The position numbers and the translations under genes were made by a program. DNA of 63,350 bases, counting the filler, from Octopus bimaculoides (Eukaryota): assembly GCF_001194135.2 (NCBI RefSeq). It is 7 parts of 6 records of this genome, joined end to end, with 100 filler letters (N's around TTAATTAATTAA, not from the genome) between each part and the next. Parts side by side here need not be neighbours in the genome. Positions count along the whole stretch, not along the records: positions 35,407 to 57,044 come from NC_068989.1; 6 more parts are not named here. One strand, written 5' to 3'. Each line of letters starts with the position of its first letter. Positions within the stretch are counted from its first letter, which is position 1. Shown here piece by piece: positions 36,480 to 46,343 of this stretch. Under the pieces are notes generated by a model. That model was not told the DNA's origin. It did no database searches and saw only the letters and a list, made by a program, of their open reading frames with translations.

Positions 36480-36790
36480 AAAATGAGAAAACAAAATGAA
36501 GGTAAGCTTGACAGATATAATAACCAAGGAAAGAAAGGAAAACGTCAATACTACGATGTAGAACTTGATGACTTCTGTCCAAAACGCAAGGAGTTAGAGA
36601 AACTGTTAATGTATAAGAATCTGGAAATCGTAAACAGGATGTGGGTGATAGAAGTAAAATCTGTACCAATGATAGCTGGAGCTATAATATCAAAAGTACG
36701 AAATAAAAAACGGATCATACTAGGACTCACAAAGATAGTTATGGTCCTAATGATAGACTTAATACAGTCCGTAAAGTCCAAATCCGATAA
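36480..36790 (+). mobile_element. Decayed R4/Dong-type REL endonuclease remnant
   Basis: KELEKLLMYKNLEIVNRMWVIEVKSVPMIAGA aligns by eye to KEMEKLSKYKDLEIEVTRMWNLKTETIPIIVGA. Confidence 0.6.
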
Positions 36791-36869
36791 GCGATTTTTT
36801 TTTCAGTTCTAAAGCACAACAGCACCAGTACATTCCTTGTGACGCAGAATTACAGGAACAATTTAATTT

Positions 36870-36992
36870 TGCCAGTGGACTGGAGCAACGTGAAATAAAG
36901 TGTCTTGCTCATTGACGGGAATTGAACTCACGATCGTAACTTTACGATCGTGAGCCGCATACCCTAGCCACTAAGCCACGTGTCTTCACTCA
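36870..36992 (-). mobile_element. tRNA-derived SINE family F
   Basis: Minus: GTGAAGACACGTGGCTTAGTGGCTAGGGT...GAGCAAGACACTTTATTTCACGTTGCTCC. Related pieces lie at 37765-37833 and 49975-50100. Confidence 0.7.
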
Positions 36993-36999
36993 CCCATGC

Positions 37000-37530
37000 A
37001 TAGGCACAGCGTGACTGTGTGGTAAGAAGATTGCTTCCCAACCACATGGTTCCAGGTTCAGTTCCACTGCATGGCACTTTCGGCAAGTGTCTTCTACTAT
37101 AGCCTCGGGCCGATCAAAGCCTTGTGAGTGGATTTGGCCGACGGAAACTAAAAGAAGCCGGTCGTATATATATNNNNNNNNNNNNNNNNNNNNNNNNNNN
37201 NNNNNNNNNNNNNNNNNNNNNNNNNNNNNNNNNNNNNNNNNNNNNNNNNNNNNNNNNNNNNNNNNNNNNNNNNNNNNNNNNNNNNNNNNNNNNNNNNNTA
37301 TATATATATATATATATATATTTGTGTGTATGTGTGTGTGTGTGCTTGTCCTCCTACCATCGCTTGGGGACCGACGTTGGTGTGTTTATGTCACCGTAAC
37401 TTAGCGGTTTGGAAAAATGAACGGATAGAATGCGTACTACGCTCACAAAGAATAAATCCTGGGGTTGATTTGTTCGACTAAAGGCGGTGCTCCAGCATGG
37501 CCACAGTCAAATGACTGACGCAATTAAATA
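37000..37530 (+). mobile_element. SINE family A, full length (head plus internal microsatellite/gap plus 3' module)
   Basis: Head 37000-37173, (TA)n/(TG)n with an N-gap, 3' module 37340-37530. The architecture is the same as 56455-56862 on the other strand. Confidence 0.85.
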
Positions 37531-37690
37531 ACAGTAAAGGACATATGTATATGATATTAAATATATCAAATAAAGTGTCAAACACATATAGTATAAAAAA
37601 TTAATAACTCCAGTTCTCGGGGCCGCTAGATTTAATGTGTATATAAACAGAAGGCTACTTGTTTCTCTGGGATTGGTTACATGATGTAAA

Positions 37691-37735
37691 TACCTCTGAT
37701 GAGACCCCAATAAGGGCCGAAAATCGATTAAGGCA
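37691..37735 (+). ncRNA. Hammerhead ribozyme motif, minimal type I, intact core
   Basis: TACCT-CTGATGA-GACCC caataa GGGCC-GAAA-ATCGAT-TA-AGGCA. Stem III is the palindrome AATCGATT; predicted cleavage is after A37730. Confidence 0.72.
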
Positions 37736-37764
37736 ACTCATTAGAGAAATCGTTAAATTTCACA

Positions 37765-37833
37765 TGGGAAATCGAACTTACGATTTTCCGATCGTGAGTC
37801 GAATACCCTGACCACTAAGCCACGTACTTTCAC
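37765..37833 (-). mobile_element. SINE family F head fragment
   Basis: GGGAAATCGAACTTACGA..CGATCGTGAGTCGAATACCCTGACCACTAAGCCACGT parallels 36917-36985. Confidence 0.65.
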
Positions 37834-38193
37834 ATACACAATGTATACCATGCAATAAAATAACATAACTCACACAACAAATATTTTTTCGGAATCACTA
37901 CAAAAGAATACAACACAACACATGTGCTTAACTGACGCTGATTCTGTGTTTTTATATTTTAGTGATTGTGTAAGGTAATAGCAATTCGTCCAGCTCACAT
38001 TGTACAGTCACCATCAGTAATATAACACAATATAACACTGTTATATAACTGATATCTGATATCCTGTATACGCAATTGAAATAGAATTAAATTAAAACAT
38101 CCATCTGTCTACCATATATAATCTATATACATCGTTCATAGGCAAGTTACTGCGGTTTTCGTTCATGATAACATCTCTTATAGCCAGGCTGTG

Positions 38194-38227
<34 letters not shown>

Positions 38228-39138
38228 NNNNNNNNNNNNNNNNNNNNNNNNNNNNNNNNNNNNNNNNNNNNNNNNNNNNNNNNNNNNNNNNNNNNNNNNN
38301 NNNNNNNNNNNNNNNNNNNNNNNNNNNNNNNNNNNNNNNNNNNNNNNNNNNNNNNNNNNNNNNNNNNNNNNNNNNNNNNNNNNNNNNNNNNNNNNNNNNN
38401 NNNNNNNNNNNNNNNNNNNNNNNNNNNNNNNNNNNNNNNNNNNNNNNNNNNNNNNNNNNNNNNNNNNNNNNNNNNNNNNNNNNNNNNNNNNNNNNNNNNN
38501 NNNNNNNNNNNNNNNNNNNNNNNNNNNNNNNNNNNNNNNNNNNNNNNNNNNNNNNNNNNNNNNNNNNNNNNNNNNNNNNNNNNNNNNNNNNNNNNNNNNN
38601 NNNNNNNNNNNNNNNNNNNNNNNNNNNNNNNNNNNNNNNNNNNNNNNNNNNNNNNNNNNNNNNNNNNNNNNNNNNNNNNNNNNNNNNNNNNNNNNNNNNN
38701 NNNNNNNNNNNNNNNNNNNNNNNNNNNNNNNNNNNNNNNNNNNNNNNNNNNNNNNNNNNNNNNNNNNNNNNNNNNNNNNNNNNNNNNNNNNNNNNNNNNN
38801 NNNNNNNNNNNNNNNNNNNNNNNNNNNNATATATATATAAGCGAGTAACCTGTGGGTTGAAGCCAAAATTATTAACTCAATTTTTATCTTTATTAATACA
38901 ATCAGAATGTGAAAAAAGGAACAGTGTATTTATAATTGTAGTTAGTTTTAATTTAGTTCAAGAATTAATTAAACTGTTCAAATTATTTCCCTTCACAATT
39001 AACACACCATTTTAAATACATTTTCAGATGCAATTAGGAGAAATGGAAACAATTAGTTAATTCCAATTGCAACCATATTTTGTAACAAAAGCGAACTGAA
39101 GTTTCTGGCATGATAGTTTACATATGTGTGTGTGCGTG

Positions 39139-39198
<60 letters not shown>

Positions 39199-39231
39199 CA
39201 GATGTATATAAGTATATACATATATGTATAC

Positions 39232-39262
<31 letters not shown>

Positions 39263-39282
39263 CATATACACATATATATATA

Positions 39283-39505
39283 TTCTTTTACTCTTTTACT
39301 TGTTTCAGTCATTTGACTGCGGCCATGCTGGAGCACCGCCTTTAGTTGAACAAATCGACCCCAGGGCTTACTCTTTGTAAGCCAAGTACTTATTCTCTCG
39401 GTCTCTTTTTGCTGAACCGCTAGGCTACGGGGACGTAAACAGACCAACATCGGTTGTCAAGCGAGGGTGGGGAGAGAAACACAGACACACAAATGCATAC
39501 ATACA

Positions 39506-39550
<45 letters not shown>

Positions 39551-39556
39551 GACGGG
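39283..39556 (-). mobile_element. SINE family A, 3' module plus microsatellite, head lost
   Basis: The 3' module at 39283-39495 is followed by (TA)n and ATACGACGGG, the first bases of the head-half body. Confidence 0.82.
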
Positions 39557-39559
39557 GCT

Positions 39560-40195
39560 AGTCAATATACCGCAACTTGCACGCGTAACGGGCTTGCTAC
39601 CTGTAGCCTACCGTATCATGCTATTCGTTCTTTTCAGTTCATACTTTCTGGGTTGTTCTGGCCGTGCCAAGGATGCAAACCGTTTGTAACAGTTCTACTG
39701 GACATTCTATTCCTATTTCCCTTATATTCCCCTTAATGCCTTCTGATACTGTCCCCAAGGACCCAACAATAATTGGCACGGTTTTCACTTTCTTCATTTT
39801 CTATAGCCGGCCTATTTCGTACTTAAGAGGGTTGTTGTTACCTGTCTTTTCGCTTTCCTTCTTGGCTATTCGTGGGTCAAGGGAACATGCAGCATCATAT
39901 ATATATATAGAGATACAGCATATGCGGTGCATCTTGTCCACCACCACTAAGTCCGGTTTGTTATGCTCTAGCACCTGATCTGTTTAGACTAGGACATCCC
40001 AGAGAATTTTGCTAGTCTCCGACTCCGCTACTCTCTGTGGTTTGTGCTCATACCACGTCTTGCTTTTCTCTAGCCCCCACTTTTCGCACACTTTCCAATG
40101 TAGCACTTTCGCTACCTCATCGTGTCGCCACAACTCGTAGTGGTTTAAGGTAAGTCTAGGGCATTTGTTCGTGATATGAGCAATGGTTTCAATTA
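39560..40195 (-). mobile_element. R4/Dong-type LINE 3' fragment
   Basis: ETIAHITNKCP..RHDEVAKVLHWKVC..ILWDVLV*TDQVLEHNKPDLVVVD..TVPIIVGSLG..LGTAR. It begins at a TAA-rich tract. Confidence 0.85.
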
Positions 40196-40235
40196 TTATT
40201 GTTATTATTATTATCATTATTATTATTTTTATTAT

Positions 40236-40653
40236 TAAGTGACAGAGCACCACATGCCATCAAGGTGACACTGGGGTACAAATATACAAAGCCCCATATA
40301 CCCATCATGACCACCCGTCTGATAAGGGTATACTAGGCACATGCATCACAACCATATGTGCGCGACATGGTGATCTCATATCAAGACAAACAGCGCACAA
40401 CCTTACAGGTGAGGCCCAGTTAAAATTTTCTACCGGTCGAGTAGCCCATCCCGCACAAAAGGTCCCTGAATAAGGGTTGTGTAAGGATGATGAACAAAAC
40501 ACCCATGTTTCCAGAGGTGAATTATTCAAATCCCAAAGAATTCCTCTCAAATCATGGCTATGATGCTTACCGACTACTTTTGCTCGTGATCAGAGATGCA
40601 TATATCGTCAGCCACTAAAGGATATGCTCAACTGGTTGAGGCCAAGGAACTGA
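40236..40653 (-). mobile_element. Repeat family E (non-coding), flanked by (TAA)n on both sides
   Basis: Homologous to 15944-16080 and 26255-26432. TAA-rich tracts lie at 40196-40235 and 40658-40730. Confidence 0.8.
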
Positions 40654-40660
40654 CATGCAA

Positions 40661-40730
<70 letters not shown>

Positions 40731-41046
40731 TACTTTTAATCTGCATGTTTGTTACAATCACTCGCCGAGACAAACCCAGTGTCCTAGGGCGAATGAAGGA
40801 TGAGAGATATTACAGTATGACTGAAAGCTTGGGGATTTTGTAGTGTTTACATATTTTCCAATGTAAATACTGTCTTATCCTATCGTGGCGATTTTTGCAT
40901 TCGTTTGGTGTCAGCACAGGACATCCCGATACGAGATGGTCTATTGTTTTATCAAATTTATCGCAGAATCTGCATTTAGGGTCAGAACCGTTTTGAAGAA
41001 CGTCAGCCTGGTAGTTTTTGGTAAGCAAGCTTTGATCTCGTGTTGT
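40731..41046 (-). mobile_element. R4/Dong-type LINE fragment with the REL domain deleted
   Basis: RDQSLLTKNYQA..CRFCDKFDKTIDHLVSGCPVL..RHDRIRQYLHWKICKHYKIP jumps directly to a short 3' UTR and (TAA)n. Confidence 0.8.
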
Positions 41047-41192
41047 TATTGTTATTATTATCATTATTATTATTATTATTATTATTATTANNNNNNNNNN
41101 NNNNNNNNNNNNNNNNNNNNNNNNNNNNNNNNNNNNNNNNNNNNNNNNNNNNNNNNNNNNNNNNNNNNNNNNNNNNNNNNNNNNNNNNNNCA

Positions 41193-41236
<44 letters not shown>

Positions 41237-42499
41237 TTGACCTTCCCGAAATATTACAATGAATTTAGACCACTTTATGTAAGATAGAAGTTGACTAGCA
41301 GAATTTGGTTGAATCTCAGCTCCTTAACCAGATGCGTTCGTGTTGGTGTGCCTGGTTAAGATGGTCTGGCACCAACCAGCTTTAAGGAGCAACAGTCATC
41401 ACCGTAGTAGTGGTAGAAAATGCAGAAGACAGCTCGTCTGCGCTGGGAGCCAGAGGCTGGACTGTTATGGCGTGCAATACAAAAGCTGTGGTTGTTGCTA
41501 TCGTTACAACACCGATTGCGATCGTTGGTACCGCCGTTATTGCGATTGTTGCTATTGTTGCGTTTGCTACTATTGTTTACGTTAACGTTGCTACCGTTTC
41601 CGTTGCTACTGTTTCTCGTCGCTGATTGTATTGTTGCTATCGATGGTGCCGATGTTGCTCTTGCTATGATTGTTGTTGCTATCGTTTTTGTGTTGTTGTT
41701 TTTTTTTGCGATTGTTATTACTGTCGCTGTTGTTTATGATGTTGTTGCTGCTAATTGTTCTAAGAGCTGATGTTGCTATTGTTGTTAATATAACTTGTAA
41801 GCGCGTTTGTTGTTGCCTGTGCTATTGTCGGGCTTGTTGAAGCCACTGTTGTGGTTGTTAGTAACAGTGATAGTGGTGGTGGTGGTGGTAGTGGCGGCGG
41901 CGTTTTGTTGTCGTTGTTGTTCTTCCTTTTGATGTCTCTATTGTTGTTGTTGTTGTTGTGAGGATTCTGCTCTTTCATGTTTTTCTTAAGATTGTTTGTG
42001 TAGATGTCGCTGTTATGATTTTCCTCGTTATTTGTTGTTGCTGTAAATCTCCTTGAAGTCGTTACGTTTTTTTAACTCTGGCTGTTGTTTGTGTTGTTAT
42101 TGTTGGGATAATTGTTGTTGTTGTTGTTGTTGTTGTTGCTGTTGTCGTTGTTGTTGTTCCTAAACTAACCAATGTCCCCTCCTCACTCAAACACAAACTA
42201 TGTCTATTTCGCTTTCTTCTCATCCCCTTTCTCAATTTCACTTTATAAACATCATCACCATCACCATCACCATCACTGCCACAACAACTATCACAACAAC
42301 CACCAACATCTCCACTACCACAACCACCACTACCATCATCATCAACATCACTGCCACAATAACCATCACAACTATCACTATCACCACCATAACTATTATC
42401 ATCATTATCATCATCATCATCATAAACAACATCACATGTTTATACATTATATATATTTTATCTATATTTTTATCCTGAATTTATTATTATTATTATTAT

Positions 42500-43578
42500 T
42501 ATTGTTCAGTAGTTTTATTTTTATAACGTGCTTTCACTTCACTACCGAGCGCAGCTCTGTGCGCCTTGGGTATGTGTTGTGGTTTGCTGTGGTGCTCTTA
42601 TGGTTACTGTATTGAAAGTGTTTTGCGTAGGATGTGTGCAGTGCCCAGTAGTGCAATTTTCTGTATGTTATATATATTTGTAAGTCCTGGTGTTTTTGTT
42701 ATGTATTTATCTGAATATTTTTTTTATTATACCTAAGGCCCCCTACTATGATAGGAATTGTTTCTGTTTTTAGATTCCACATTCGAGTTACTTCTATTTC
42801 CAGGTNNNNNNNNNNNNNNNNNNNNNNNNNNNNNNNNNNNNNNNNNNNNNNNNNNNNNNNNNNNNNNNNNNNNNNNNNNNNNNNNNNNNNNNNNNNNNNN
42901 NNNNNNNNNNNNNNNNNNNNNNNNNNNNNNNNNNNNNNNNNNNNNNNNNNNNNNNNNNNNNNNNNNNNNNNNNNNNNNNNNNNNNNNNNNNNNNNNNNNN
43001 NNNNNNNNNNNNNNNNNNNNNNNNNNNNNNNNNNNNNNNNNNNNNNNNNNNNNNNNNNNNNNNNNNNNNNNNNNNNNNNNNNNNNNNNNNNNNNNNNNNN
43101 NNNNNNNNNNNNNNNNNNNNNNNNNNNNNNNNNNNNNNNNNNNNNNNNNNNNNNNNNNNNNNNNNNNNNNNNNNNNNNNNNNNNNNNNNNNNNNNNNNNN
43201 NNNNNNNNNNNNNNNNNNNNNNNNNNNNNNNNNNNNNNNNNNNNNNNNNNNNNNNNNNNNNNNNNNNNNNNNNNNNNNNNNNNNNNNNNNNNNTTCTTCT
43301 TCTTCTTCTTCTTCTTCTTCTTCTTCTTCTTCTTCTTCTTCTTCTTCGTATTTGTTAGGTAGGTTGATTTCTTGTTTGTATTTGTCAGCTTCCTTAAATA
43401 CTGAAAACAGTTTTTTGTTTTGCTCGTGTTTTGTGGCTATTTGTATTAGTTTTCCTTGCTTCTGGAGTAGGTATTTTTGCAGTCCTCTGGTGGTTATTTT
43501 ATAATAGTTTTCCAGCTGTATAAGACCCCTGCCACCTTCTGTGCGTTGTATATATAACCTTTCTATGTCAGATTTTGG
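42500..43578 (-). mobile_element. R4/Dong-type LINE 3' fragment (same family as 34024-34795), flanked by (TAA)n
   Basis: PKSDIERLYIQRTEGGRGLIQLENYYK..NKYEEEE, a gap, then the REL end and a 3' UTR nearly identical to 34680-34795. Confidence 0.9.
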
Positions 43579-43789
43579 GTTTATTATTATTATTCTCAAT
43601 CGCAGAATAGTGCTAATAATATAGCCTGAACAGGATAAACTATCCCTATTCTGCAGAGAAAAGTGTAGGTGGCTAGCTGTGTCCACAGCTAGCCACCTAA
43701 ACAGCGTTCAAACATGATAGGTGAGCTGGTTAGTAAGGTATATATGAGCGTTTATTTGAAATAAGTTGAAAAGGTGGTGGTCTATTGAA

Positions 43790-44378
43790 CATGACAATTT
43801 CTGGATCTCTGATGTTATACCATGAGATACATCCACTATTACCTGCCACACTTGCTCCTAAATTGGCGTCCATTTTCGTAAATTCGTCGCTTTAGAATAC
43901 TCCACAAGTTTTTTATTGGGTTTTCGTCGGGGGAACAGGCAGACCACTTCATCTTCCGAGATTAACAGAAGCTTAATTGTTGCACAGACTCTGTAGTTTT
44001 CTTCGCTGAGTGCGAGGGCGTATTATCTTGCATAAATATTATGGTTGTCTTGAAAGTGATTCTTTGCATTGTTAACCAAGGTTCAAGGTGCTCCTTCAAG
44101 AAGGCTATGTAAGCACCTGCAGTCATTTTAACACCGTCAGGGACTTTCCAAAAACCAGTGACAGCAGTTAAAAAGCCTCCTTTAAACAAAATACACATAC
44201 AAAATCGTCTGAAATGGGCAGATAACACGAAGGTCGACTTTTCAAAAGTTTTGTTTACGGACGAAACTTGTGCTACCCTTGATGGACTGATGGCTGGAGC
44301 AAGGGATGGGCTGGTTGTAAATGAAGGAGATCATTATGAATGCTTGAGAGCGGGAGGAGGCATCATGATTTGGGCGTA
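43790..44378. mobile_element. Tc1-type transposase fragment split between strands
   Basis: Plus 44158-44378: KPPLN..RLKWA..FSKVLFTDET.ATLDG..GGGIMIWA. Minus from about 44160 leftwards: WKVPDGVKM..FMQDNTPSHSA..CSPDENPIKNLWSILKRRIY. Confidence 0.88.
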
Positions 44379-44379
44379 G

Positions 44380-44446
44380 CCACTGATGAGAACTTCGCCT
44401 AGCAAATTATTTTATTTGCTAATTAGAGTTCGAGACCTAGGTATGG
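44380..44446 (+). ncRNA. Hammerhead ribozyme motif with extended stem II and a GAAA-to-GAGA change
   Basis: CCA-CTGATGA-GAACT..TAGCAAAT tatttt ATTTGCTA..AGTTC-GAGA-CCTAGG-TA-TGG. Stem III is the palindrome ACCTAGGT. Confidence 0.68.
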
Positions 44447-44763
44447 ATCTAAAAAAACAAGGTAAAAGTTTTTATTTTTCATTCCCTTCGAAATTGCTCT
44501 TAAATGTGTTTTTGGACGTTTTGACTGCTCCTTCTAGCATGTAAGGCTGCCTGTTAAGGGTCGCCTCTCTTGTATTTAAATGTGCACTAATTTTATATAT
44601 ATATATATATATATATANNNNNNNNNNNNNNNNNNNNNNNNNNNNNNNNNNNNNNNNNNNNNNNNNNNNNNNNNNNNNNNNNNNNNNNNNNNNNNNNNNN
44701 NNNNNNNNNNNNNNNNNNNNNNNNNNNNNNNNNNNNNNNNNNNNNNNNNNNNNNNNNNNNNNN

Positions 44764-44950
44764 TATATATATATATATATATATATAACAAGAGGTTCTT
44801 TCACTTTCTATCTATCAAATCCACTCACAAAGCTTTGATCGGCCCGAGACTATAGTAAAAGACACTTGCCCAAGGTGCCACGCAGTGGAACTGAACCCGG
44901 AACCATGTGGCTGAGCAGCAAGCATCTTACCACACAGCCATGTCTGTGCC
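44764..44950 (-). mobile_element. SINE family A, head half
   Basis: Colinear with 3-161. Confidence 0.85.
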
Positions 44951-45171
44951 TATATTTACAAATTCGTTGGAAAACAGCTGTTGCTCTTAATATTTCGAAC
45001 CATTTTAGTACTTTCTGTGCATAAATTGTGTCCGTATGGTAAATTTTGTATATTTTGTGAAAATGTGCCAGTCAGCAGCTCTGGTTGATATATTAAGAGC
45101 ATTACTACTTCACCAATAATAACATGGAATAGCCCAAAGTTGTATTTATAAGACTGCTACATAGACAGTTT

Positions 45172-45225
45172 CTTTGTTCACTGATGAGATTGAATTAGCA
45201 ATCGAAACAAAACACCAAGTCTAGA
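45172..45225 (+). ncRNA. Hammerhead-like relic
   Basis: CTGATGA-GATTG aattag CAATC-GAAAC..GTC. The core and stem II are perfect; stems I and III pair poorly. Confidence 0.35.
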
Positions 45226-45859
45226 GTAAATTGATATCGTTTTAATATTAATATTCGTACACACTATGGCATGGCATATTTTGCTTGTGTATGTTTGTGT
45301 GCGCATGTGTATGTGTGTGTATGTGTAGATGTGTGTGTTGTGTGTGTGTGTGTGTGTGCGCGCGCGCATGTGTATGTGTGTATGTGTGCACGTGCGTGTG
45401 TGTGTATTAGGTTAGATTTCATTAAGCTCTTCTTTAGAATAGTCAGCACTGTGACTTATAAAGATATATTGAAAGATGCATTGGGAAAAATATATGTAGG
45501 CGCGCGCGTGTGTGTATGTGTGCGTGTATGTGTTTGTATGTGCGTGTGTGAATGTGTGTGTGTGTGACACACAGAGACGTATATGTGGAAATGTATGTGT
45601 GTGTACGTGTATACACGCACACTTACATTGAGAAGTTAGAGAGAGACAGAGAGAGACAGAAAGAAAGAGAAAGAAAAAGAGAGAGAGAAATAGACGGACA
45701 ACCAGGTAGACAAACAGACAGACAGAAACCGAGGTATATTAAAATATATTAATTGCTTTACATCATCTTCATATTTGCTTTTCTCATCTTCGGAAGGAGC
45801 CTCTATGCAGTCGCTTATACTGCTAGAAATAGCAGCAAAATCTGGAGTTAAACAATAAC

Positions 45860-46276
45860 ACCAACAGCACTACCACCACCACCACCACCACTATCACCAC
45901 CACACCCATCATCATCTCTACTACTACAAGGACCATTGCCATCATCAGTATCATCATTACTGTTACCAATACCACGTCAACTAGCACTGCAACCACAACA
46001 CCAGAACCACTACCTCTTACCACTTACCACTACCACCATTATAAACACTACCATTACTACCACTATCACAACCACTACCATCACCACCACCACCACCACC
46101 ACCACTACTACTACTACTACTACCGCCGCCACCATCATAATTACCGTAACCACTTATACAACAGCCAGCATCATCATTACCTCTATTACCCCCACCACCG
46201 CTACTACCACCACAACTACTACCACCACTACTACTATTACTATCAACCTGCATCACTTCCAAACCTCATTCACTTT

Positions 46277-46343
<67 letters not shown>
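45860..46343. repeat. (ACC/ACT/ATC)n degenerate trinucleotide field and (CT)n
   Basis: Seen directly. It is the source of the poly-Thr pseudo-ORF. Confidence 0.9.

Noticed and set aside
41340-42480. Val/Ala-rich and poly-His ORFs
   Set aside because: Degenerate (GTT)n and (CAC/CAT)n repeat fields with no domain signature.
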